DNA of 64,000 bases from Dehalococcoidia bacterium (GTDB lineage Bacteria > Chloroflexota > Dehalococcoidia > Lucifugimonadales > GCA-2712585), in assembly GCA_965261665.1 (NCBI GenBank), contig OZ253467.1, positions 30,582 through 94,581 on the forward strand. Reading direction: 5' to 3'. Under the pieces are notes generated by a model that was given only the letters and a program-made list of their open reading frames with translations, made no database searches and was not told where the DNA came from. Position 1 is the first letter of the stretch; the number at the start of each line of letters is the position of its first letter. Position numbers and translations under genes: made by a program. Below, in pieces: positions 34,810 through 42,234 of the stretch.

Positions 34810-34825
34810 AGGGCGAACGCCGGAA

Positions 34826-35599
34826 ATGAACCTCCGACCACTCAGAAGGTTCTGGCTGCCCAAGGCGGGAAATAGCAGCGACGAGTACGAGGACGCCTTC
34901 AGAGCCTACTATCCACGGCAGTTCGACGGGGCCGACGGGCGCACGGCCCGGAAGGCCGTCTCCGACGGGGCCACAGAGTCGGCCTTCGCCAGGGAGTGGG
35001 CCAACGCGCTTACCGCAGCCTTCGTCACCCGCCCGTTGGACCTGAACGCGCTGACGGAACGTTCGTTGCGCGAGTGGCTGGCCCCGGCCCAGATGGAATG
35101 GCAAGGCCGGGTGCCCTGGAACCGAATCCCCTGGCACGGAGAGGCAAAAGCCCGCGCCGGCGCCTTTGCCACCCTGTTAGGCGTGACCTTCCGCGCCCAG
35201 TCGCAGAATCCGGCACGGCTCTGCTGGCAGGCAGTGGCTGTTGGGGATAGTTGCCTCTTTCTCGTCCGCGACGGCCGGCTGCATACGTCTTTCCCCCTGG
35301 AGGACCCCGACCAGTTCGACAACCACCCGTCGCTGGTTTGCAGCAACCCCGCCGGAACCACGGGGCTGTGGGAGCGGGTGGAGCGCACCAGCGGCGAGTG
35401 CGTGACGGGTGACCTCTTCTTGCTGGCGTCGGACGCCTTGGCCCGCTGGTTCCTCGCCCGCATCGCCGCCGGAGAGAAGCCTTGGGAGACGCTCCTATCG
35501 TCGGACGACGATAGCTGGGCTGAGTGGGCGTCGGAGCAAAGGAACGCAAGGTTAATAGGAAACGACGATATGACCCTGTTGGCCACCACTGTGGTGTAG
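34826..35599 (+). CDS. PP2C-like protein phosphatase
   Basis: Acidic metal-binding motifs SSDEYEDAF, AVSDGATES, VGDSCLF, LLASDAL, GNDDMTLL. ATG lies 17 nt after the vWA stop. Confidence 0.7.
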   Translation: MNLRPLRRFWLPKAGNSSDEYEDAFRAYYPRQFDGADGRTARKAVSDGATESAFAREWANALTAAFVTRPLDLNALTERSLREWLAPAQMEWQGRVPWNRIPWHGEAKARAGAFATLLGVTFRAQSQNPARLCWQAVAVGDSCLFLVRDGRLHTSFPLEDPDQFDNHPSLVCSNPAGTTGLWERVERTSGECVTGDLFLLASDALARWFLARIAAGEKPWETLLSSDDDSWAEWASEQRNARLIGNDDMTLLATTVV

Positions 35600-35611
35600 G
35601 GCGGAGAAGGC

Positions 35612-37069
35612 GTGGCTTGGCCCGGAATAACTGACTTCAGCGAGGCCGTGCAGAATCCGCATCTGTGCTTTGAGGGCGAGGATCTGGAGGCGGGAAGCGT
35701 GAAGTTAAACCCTCGGGGGATGCCCCTCGTCTACTCCGGCGCCTTCGCCTGCGTCTATCGCGTGTCCGTCGGCGGGGCAGACTATGCGGTGCGCTGCTTC
35801 ACCCGTGAGGTGGTGGACCAGCAGAGCCGCTACAATGATCTCAGCAACTACCTGATTAGCGTCCTCCCACCCTCCTTCGTCCACTTCTCATACCAGGAGC
35901 AGGGCATCAAGGTCAGGGGAATCTGGTATCCCATCGTCAGGATGGAGTGGGTTGAAGGGGAGATACTGAGCAAGTTCGTCGAGTTCAACCTCAACCGGCC
36001 CGACGCGCTTCGGCTGTTGGCCGCCCGTTGGCGCGGGGGAACCACCTCCAGCCTGCGGGGCTTGGGCATTGCCCACAACGACTTGCAGCACGGCAACGTG
36101 CTGGTGGAGGCGGACGGCAGGATTAGACTGGTGGACTACGACGGGATGTTTCTGCCGAAATTTAGGGGCGAGCAGAGCCCGGAGCTGGGACACAAGAACT
36201 ACCAGCACCCCAAGAGGGGGGCGACGAACTACGACGACTACGTGGACAACTTTCCCGCGCTGGTGGTCTACCTCAGCCTGCTGGCCATCGCCGCCGACCC
36301 CGGCCTCTGGAGCTTCCACAACGAAGACAATCTGATATTCACCAACAGGGACTACGCCAATCCGAGGTCTTCCAAGGCGTTCAACGCGCTTAGGAATTCC
36401 CCCGACTCAACGGTGACGAAGCTAACGGAGAAGTTGGAGGAGTGCTGCCGGCTGCCGGTAGAGAAGACGCCCGACCTGGAAACGATATTACTGGGCGTGC
36501 CCGTGACCGCACCGCCCTCGACGGCGGCTGCGCCCGCGGCAAGGCCGGCGGCCCCGGCCGCTCCCTCCCCCCGCCCAACTCGGAGGAAGCGACGCCGCCC
36601 GCGCACCGGGGCCACCACCCCTCCGACACAGTCGCCCGTACCGCAAGCAACCAGCCCCGCGCCTTGGCCCACAACCGCCCCGCAGGGCCGCCCCGCCCGG
36701 ACGAAATTCGCTCGGTTGACGAGGCTCAGGAACGCGGTGTCGGACGCCAAGTGGTCTTGGCAAAAGTGGTTGCTTATCGGCTTATGCATAGTGCTTTTTT
36801 CACTGTTGCTTCAGACACCGCTGGGTGTTCCCCTGATAATAGGTCTCCTGTTCCTGGCGTTCTTTGGGCTGGCAGGATATTTTCTTTTCTCTAAAAACAG
36901 GAATCCGATACACCTGATTTTAGGCGTTATTGCGGTGGTGGCGGGTGCCACGCCTCTCGCCGGCTGGTTGGCGGATTTCTTGTCGGTGCTTATAGGCTGG
37001 ATCGGAGTAACGGTGGTTACCGTCGCCGGAATTGTTGGAATTATCAAGTACATTGCATCAAAATTATGA
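35612..37069 (+). CDS. Ser/Thr-protein-kinase-like protein with a P/A/T-rich linker and C-terminal TM helices
   Basis: Catalytic loop IAHNDLQHGNVLV and DFG-equivalent VDYDGMF. GTG start with GGAGAAGG upstream. C-terminal hydrophobic segments (LLIGLCIVLFSLLL..., IIGLLFLAFFGLAGYFLF, LILGVIAVVAG..). Confidence 0.75.
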   Translation: MAWPGITDFSEAVQNPHLCFEGEDLEAGSVKLNPRGMPLVYSGAFACVYRVSVGGADYAVRCFTREVVDQQSRYNDLSNYLISVLPPSFVHFSYQEQGIKVRGIWYPIVRMEWVEGEILSKFVEFNLNRPDALRLLAARWRGGTTSSLRGLGIAHNDLQHGNVLVEADGRIRLVDYDGMFLPKFRGEQSPELGHKNYQHPKRGATNYDDYVDNFPALVVYLSLLAIAADPGLWSFHNEDNLIFTNRDYANPRSSKAFNALRNSPDSTVTKLTEKLEECCRLPVEKTPDLETILLGVPVTAPPSTAAAPAARPAAPAAPSPRPTRRKRRRPRTGATTPPTQSPVPQATSPAPWPTTAPQGRPARTKFARLTRLRNAVSDAKWSWQKWLLIGLCIVLFSLLLQTPLGVPLIIGLLFLAFFGLAGYFLFSKNRNPIHLILGVIAVVAGATPLAGWLADFLSVLIGWIGVTVVTVAGIVGIIKYIASKL

Positions 37070-37107
37070 TTCGCCAATAGGAACTTGTGGTTGTCATAGC
37101 CGGAATT

Positions 37108-37212
37108 GTGGATGTCGCAAACGTGGATGAAAAGCGCAGAAGGTTAGCCGTGTCCATGGCGGCTCTAGCGGCAATCCTTATCACCGCCGCCGCTATGTGG
37201 TTAGCCCCATGA
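37108..37212 (+). CDS. Mini-ORF encoding a single-pass TM peptide (copy 1)
   Basis: VDVANVDEKRRRLAVSMAALAAILITAAAMWLAP. Paralogous to 38061..38165, with substitutions biased to third codon positions. An alternative GTG lies at 37087. SD is weak. Confidence 0.3.
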   Translation: MDVANVDEKRRRLAVSMAALAAILITAAAMWLAP

Positions 37213-37344
37213 TAGCGATTCGAGCGGCGCAAGCCGACCATGCGGACGGCTGACCCTGATCCATTCCCAAGCTGAGTCTGCGGCGGATGCGGTAAAAGCG
37301 GATTTCAAACTAGCGCCTGCAGCCCCCATCCCAAAGGCGACTGC

Positions 37345-37890
37345 TCACCTGCGCCGCTCCCACCTCCCGCGGCCCTCTTTGCGTGATCTTCCAGGGGAAA
37401 TGTGAGAGCGGTCAGACGCTTTGCCTCGTCTGTAAAATCTGCCGTATATCAGCAGGGAAACCCCGCCCCAGAAGGCTAAAAGGCCTATGACAATGATGTA
37501 ATAGCTGTCCCCGATGATTATACGGACGGCCAGAGTCGGAATAACCCAGGCCAAGCCCAGTGCCATTGCCGCCAATCCAACCCTGTCGGGCCAGCCCCAA
37601 TGAGCGGTCTTGGCCCTATACCAGGCCACGAGCCTCTTCAGAGAGTCGATGGTTGCGGCGCGTCGGCGTGACTCGCTGAAGAAGAGGAGGATTAACCCTC
37701 CCACAAGTAGAGCCCCTCCGACGGCCCTGAAGGCTGCGCCCGATCCCTCTGAATTCCCCTCGAGCACTAGTCCGATGGCGACAATCAAGGCCCCCGCCGT
37801 CGCTCCGACGGAGCCCGCCGCAACCGCCAGCCTGAATCTGCCCAGAAATTCTATGAGTTTGCGTGCGGGGCTATCCTTGAGTGAGAACAT
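37345..37890 (-). CDS. Hypothetical 4-TM membrane protein
   Basis: 181 aa with four hydrophobic helices and a basic C-terminal tail. Lies between the two mini-ORF copies. Confidence 0.5.
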   Translation of the reverse strand: MFSLKDSPARKLIEFLGRFRLAVAAGSVGATAGALIVAIGLVLEGNSEGSGAAFRAVGGALLVGGLILLFFSESRRRAATIDSLKRLVAWYRAKTAHWGWPDRVGLAAMALGLAWVIPTLAVRIIIGDSYYIIVIGLLAFWGGVSLLIYGRFYRRGKASDRSHISPGRSRKEGRGRWERRR

Positions 37891-38060
37891 GCCGGGACTC
37901 CTGCCGAGACGGGGCGCAATGCCGCGTCTGCTTTACCGAATCATACACGAGGGCAACCCATTCCTTCAATTTCTCCCGGCGCGCGACCCAACCCCACGCC
38001 CTCCCGCATCCCCCTCATGTCATTCTAAGCGCAGCGAAGTCGAAGAATGTCGCCTCCATT

Positions 38061-38312
38061 ATGGACATCGCAAAGGTAGATGATAAACGCAGAAGGATCG
38101 CCGTGTCCATAACGATTCTAGCGGCAATCCTTATCACCGCCGCCGCTATGTGGTTAACCCGAATCTATCAGCTTCAACAGCGCCTGGCCGGTGTCGTGGA
38201 GCCCCCGTCGTCCGCCGCCCTACGGAATCCGGTCTTTAAACCCAAACCCCGTCAAAGCGACCAGCGTCGTCTCCTCCGCCCCAATCTTCCCAGCCTCCAG
38301 CAGAGACTCTAG
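38061..38312 (+). CDS. Mini-ORF copy 2 (TM peptide with a longer tail)
   Basis: MDIAKVDDKRRRIAVSITILAAILITAAAMWLT... The last 93 nt overlap the convergent ThrC-like gene, so the C-terminus is doubtful. Confidence 0.25.
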   Translation: MDIAKVDDKRRRIAVSITILAAILITAAAMWLTRIYQLQQRLAGVVEPPSSAALRNPVFKPKPRQSDQRRLLRPNLPSLQQRL

Positions 38313-39284
38313 GCCCGCAAGCACCGATGCCGACGTCGGCTCCACGAACAACCCCTCATCCACGCTCAGGCGACGCTGCCACCGGACTATGTCATGCTCC
38401 GCAACGGCAACGGCCTCCCCGCCGCTGTCTGTCAGCGCGTCCAGAACCTGCCTCAGCCGTGGCGGTCGTTCCACGGCGATGCCCCCCGCAACGGTTTCCA
38501 CGCCCCCCTGTGGAGGCATCCAATCCTGACCACCAAACGCCGCCGCAATAGGCATGCACGCCTCCGATTGTACGCAATGCAGCGTAGGCTTTGCCGCCGG
38601 CGAGTCCGAATTTGCCAGCCCCTTGAATCCCTTCCACGCCCCTATCAACAGCGAGCCGTTGCCCACGGGAAAGAGCACGTGCTCCGGCGCTTCGTCCATT
38701 TGCGACGCAGCCTCTACCGCGAAGCTCTTTGTTCCTTCTATGAAAAGCGGGCTGAGATTATGGGATGCGTAGACCACCCCCTCCTCCATGCAGTACTGGC
38801 GACACGCCATCGCCACCGCCGTACGTCCTCCTTCCACCTTCACCACCCGCGCCCCATAAAAGCTTATCTGCTTCAGCTTCATCGGTGGGGCCGCCGCCGG
38901 AGCGAAGATCGTCGCCTCTATCCCCGCCTGAGCGCAGTACGCCGCTATCGACGCCCCAGCGTTGCCCGACGAATCTTCCGCCGCCCTCTGGACGCCCTTG
39001 CTTCGAAGAGCAGACACCAGCACGGCCGAACCCCGGTCTTTGAAAGATCCGGTGGGATTCAGAAACTCCAGCTTGGCGTAGAGGTTGTCCATCCCCAGTA
39101 TCTGACCGACGTTGGAGAGCCGGACCACCGGCGTGTTCCCTTCACCCAAAGTTACGGGATCGTCCGGCGGCTCAAAAGCGCCCTCGGCCAAGTCTAGGGG
39201 GGCCCTGCATTGCCGACATGCCAAAACGTCAAAGGAGAAGACATCCTGTTCTCCGCACCGACTGCACGTTACTTCCAGCATCAT
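38220..39284 (-). CDS. Threonine-synthase-family PLP enzyme with an N-terminal zinc ribbon (second copy)
   Basis: CSRC...CRQC ribbon and TGSFKDRG PLP-Lys motif. Start uncertain: ATG 39284 or 39281, or TTG 39320. Confidence 0.7.
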   Translation of the reverse strand: MMLEVTCSRCGEQDVFSFDVLACRQCRAPLDLAEGAFEPPDDPVTLGEGNTPVVRLSNVGQILGMDNLYAKLEFLNPTGSFKDRGSAVLVSALRSKGVQRAAEDSSGNAGASIAAYCAQAGIEATIFAPAAAPPMKLKQISFYGARVVKVEGGRTAVAMACRQYCMEEGVVYASHNLSPLFIEGTKSFAVEAASQMDEAPEHVLFPVGNGSLLIGAWKGFKGLANSDSPAAKPTLHCVQSEACMPIAAAFGGQDWMPPQGGVETVAGGIAVERPPRLRQVLDALTDSGGEAVAVAEHDIVRWQRRLSVDEGLFVEPTSASVLAGLESLLEAGKIGAEETTLVALTGFGFKDRIP

Positions 39285-39394
39285 TGATGGCAATATATCC
39301 CCCCCAGCCCCTACGCGCAAGCGACCCTTGGGATTCAGTTATTGCCCGCTTGGTGATAAACTGAACCACCTCCAAACGAAACCCTGGAGACTAG

Positions 39395-40921
39395 TTGAGT
39401 AAAATTCCAGAAACTAATGAGGCCCGGACGCCCGAACCAGGCCTCGAGCAGCCTCCAACGCCGCCGGAAAAGCCCGGTGGGTTCAAGATTGGCCGCAACT
39501 ACAAGTGGTGGGCCTTGGCCAGCGTAGCCACCGGCACCCTCGTCACCGTCGCAGACATGGGCGAGGTCAACGTGGCCATGCCCACCATCGCCGACCAGTT
39601 CAGTAGCAACCTTTCCACCGTCCAGTGGCTCGCCACGGGCCACCTGGTCGCCACCAGCGCCCTGCTCATGCCCATGGGCCGCCTCTCCGACATGATTGGC
39701 CGCAAGAAGGTCTATCTGTGGGGACTGATGATTTTCACCCTCGGCTCCCTGCTGGCCGCCTTCGCCCCCAACCTTTCGTTGCTGATTATGTGCAGAATCC
39801 TCCAGGGCATGGGCGTTGGGCTGGTCCACGGCAACCAGATGGCAATCATGACCTCCATATTCCCGGCGGAAGAGCGCGGCAAAGCCCTCGGCATGCACAT
39901 GACCCTGGTCGGCGCCGCCCTCATCATCGGCCCTGCCATTGGCGGCGTGATGATAGACGCTTTCGGTTGGCGCTCCATATTCTTCCTTAACGTGCCTTTG
40001 GGCATCCTGTGCACCCTGGCGCCCTTCCTGATCCTCAACGAAAGCAGCATCACCCAGTCCCGGGTCAAGGCCAGGTTCGGAAACTTCGACTTTATGGGGT
40101 CTCTGCTTTCCTCCGCCGTGCTGTTGTTGATGGTGATGGGCCTGGCGAACCCCTTTGGCCTGCCTTTCCAGATGGCGGCGCTGCTTCTCATCCTCTGCGC
40201 CCTCCTATTGGGAGTGTTCGTCCTGTGGGAAACGAGGACCGCCAACCCCATGCTCGACATGTTGCTGTTCAAGACCAGTATTTTTTCCCTTGGGGTATCG
40301 GCGCGATGTCTCTCCTTTATCGCTGCCGCGTCCATACTATTCCTCATGCCCTTCTTCCTTCAGGGGGTTGCGGGCTACTCACCCGGGCAGACGGGCATGA
40401 TCATGACCAGCATCGCCGTCGGCATGGTCGTTGTCGGCCCCATAGCCGGCCGGCTGTCGGACAAGTACGGCCCCCGCCCCTTCACCGTGGGCGGCGCGCT
40501 CATCTCCATGTCCGGACTTCTGATTCTCTCCCAGGTCTCCAGGGACATGGCGCTTCCCATCATAATGCTGGGCATCCTGTTGCAGAGCAGCGGCATGGGG
40601 ATGTTCACCGCGCCTAACGCCAGCAGCATCCTCAGCGGAGTGTCCCGGAGTTCCTACGGCGTGGTCTCAGGCTTCGTTCAGCTCATCCGCACCGGCTCCA
40701 CCGTCACGGGCATCGCCGTCGCCACCCTGATAATCACCGCCGCCATGTCCGCCGTGGGCCTGAGCGCAACCCTGGAAGGCTTCTCCGAGGGTGTCAGCGT
40801 GGAGGTCGGCGACGCCTTCACCACCGGCCTGCAGCGGGTATACCTGGTTATGGCCGGACTTCAGGCGGGGGTGGCCGTCCTATCCCTCATCCGAGGACGG
40901 ATGGGAGTGACTGCCGGCTAG
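39395..40921 (+). CDS. MFS transporter, 14-TM DHA2/EmrB-like
   Basis: 508 aa, 14 hydrophobic segments, MGRLSDMIGRKK loop motif. TTG start with GGAG 5 nt upstream. Confidence 0.85.
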   Translation: MSKIPETNEARTPEPGLEQPPTPPEKPGGFKIGRNYKWWALASVATGTLVTVADMGEVNVAMPTIADQFSSNLSTVQWLATGHLVATSALLMPMGRLSDMIGRKKVYLWGLMIFTLGSLLAAFAPNLSLLIMCRILQGMGVGLVHGNQMAIMTSIFPAEERGKALGMHMTLVGAALIIGPAIGGVMIDAFGWRSIFFLNVPLGILCTLAPFLILNESSITQSRVKARFGNFDFMGSLLSSAVLLLMVMGLANPFGLPFQMAALLLILCALLLGVFVLWETRTANPMLDMLLFKTSIFSLGVSARCLSFIAAASILFLMPFFLQGVAGYSPGQTGMIMTSIAVGMVVVGPIAGRLSDKYGPRPFTVGGALISMSGLLILSQVSRDMALPIIMLGILLQSSGMGMFTAPNASSILSGVSRSSYGVVSGFVQLIRTGSTVTGIAVATLIITAAMSAVGLSATLEGFSEGVSVEVGDAFTTGLQRVYLVMAGLQAGVAVLSLIRGRMGVTAG

Positions 40922-40930
40922 TCGAGGCTC

Positions 40931-40964
40931 ATCCGCCGGCGGCGTTGGCCCCCGCAATCCGTCC
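40931..40964. repeat. 34-nt copy of the 3' end of the FAD-dehydrogenase gene (partner at 42236..42269)
   Basis: atccgccggcggcgttggcccccgcaatccgtcc versus atccgccggcagcgttggccccaccaatcctccc: 29 of 34 identical, same orientation. Confidence 0.7.
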
Positions 40965-41306
40965 ATTACATTGCCGCCCTCTCCCCTCCTCACGTAGGGA
41001 CGTCCCTCGGAGCCTGTTTCATAAGTCTATATTCATGGTTTTCGCGAAGGATGCTGAAACGAACTTCAGCAATTGAAAGGGAATCATATAGAATTTTATC
41101 CATGAAAAGGGCAAGCCGATGGAATCGAAGCGGGGGGAGTCGGGGTGGTGGCGTGCGGGATTCTGGTCGTTTTGCGTTTTGACGGGCTGCTGGTTCACGT
41201 AGACTTCCAGTTCAGATGGCGGGCGACGGTCCACCAAAGCTTGCAGGGCGTTGCTCAACCCAACCGAGAGGGAGGAGTCAAAAAATAGGCAGAGTCGCTA
41301 AAAGAT

Positions 41307-41597
41307 TTAGGTCTGGTCCTCCGACAAACGTCTGACGGACGCTAGAATTTCGTCAATGTTGGGTAGCTTCTGGATATTCACAATGTCCAGTAGTCCATCT
41401 GAGAATTGGTAATGAATTACATAATTGCTCTTAGCGTAACCCCAGATGCCCGGCACCCACGGAAAAGGGAGCTGACGGCCAAGGGAAGGATTACTGGCGA
41501 GCTCCCCCAAGGCATCCGATATCTTCTGACGAGACTGCTTTGGCTCAGCCTCGACGAATTCAACGGCCTGAACGGCCAGTCTTAGTTGACGTCCCAT
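41307..41597 (-). CDS. RelE/ParE-superfamily type II toxin
   Basis: 96 aa with the ...LASNPSLGRQL...YVIHYQF..GLLDIVNI.. pattern typical of ParE/RelE. Overlaps the upstream small ORF by 16 nt. Confidence 0.6.
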   Translation of the reverse strand: MGRQLRLAVQAVEFVEAEPKQSRQKISDALGELASNPSLGRQLPFPWVPGIWGYAKSNYVIHYQFSDGLLDIVNIQKLPNIDEILASVRRLSEDQT

Positions 41598-41779
41598 CTC
41601 TCCCTAGCTTGCTCCAAGGAGAGGCACTGATCTTTCCTGATTTGCTCGATGCCCATCGCGATGCGGAGTAGGGTCTTGGTATCGTAGTCTCTCAGGTAGC
41701 CCCTGACGGCCTTCTGAGTCCTGTCGTCAAGAGGCGTTGGGCTTGCGACCGCTCTTGCAACTTTCTCCATAGTTGTCAT
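41582..41779 (-). CDS. Putative antitoxin
   Basis: 65 aa. AGAGGGG lies 7 nt upstream of the ATG. Overlaps the toxin gene. Confidence 0.5.
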   Translation of the reverse strand: MTTMEKVARAVASPTPLDDRTQKAVRGYLRDYDTKTLLRIAMGIEQIRKDQCLSLEQARERWDVN

Positions 41780-41817
41780 ACTTACCCCTCTTATATTTTT
41801 TGTGTTTCGGGAACCAC

Positions 41818-41860
41818 CACTCTCTTAGAGAGAGTATCACACTTCTAGGCATCTTAGTCA
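41818..41860 (-). promoter_or_regulatory. TA promoter with an overlapping palindromic operator
   Basis: Minus strand: TTGACT - 17 nt - GATACT. The perfect inverted repeat ACTCTCT-TAG-AGAGAGT (41818..41834) abuts the -10. Confidence 0.5.
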
Positions 41861-42234
41861 AAGCTGATTCGTTTCGCGCCCGGCCAAGACTCGACGAAAT
41901 CCGTCAGTCAGTGGACACCTCTATGGCTCAAATCCGTATTATCTAACTTTGGGAAAGGGCACTGCGGCACCCATGCTACTTCTCGGCCGGGTCTGATGTC
42001 AACCCACATGGCAAACCCATCATCCCAACTCTTTGCCCTAGAATCCAGCAAGGGCGAGGAGTTTAGGCGGGCCTGGGTAAGATAGCATATAATTCCCAAT
42101 TGAAAGGTCTCTATGCCAATCACTGCGTCTCAACTGACCGTCATTCCGGCACAAGCCGGAATACAGGAGCAGATGAATTCGGAGGCATCTGAGATGTGAA
42201 ACACCCTCCCTTGTGGGCGCCCTCCCCGACTCAC

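Noticed and set aside
33769-37114. Imperfect ~20-bp direct repeat CATAGCCG(G)AA(A/T)TG.G.AT just outside both ends of the vWA-PP2C-kinase module (33769..33789 and 37095..37114).
   Set aside because: Only an 8-mer is exact and the rest needs a gap. That is too short to separate from chance without genome-wide statistics. It is noted here in case empty-site comparisons become available.
41019-42123. ORFs 41019..41258(-) and 41908..42123(-) inside the TA-bearing insert.
   Set aside because: They have no recognisable motifs, use weak or non-ATG starts and have odd composition. They may be gene remnants, so I did not list them as features.
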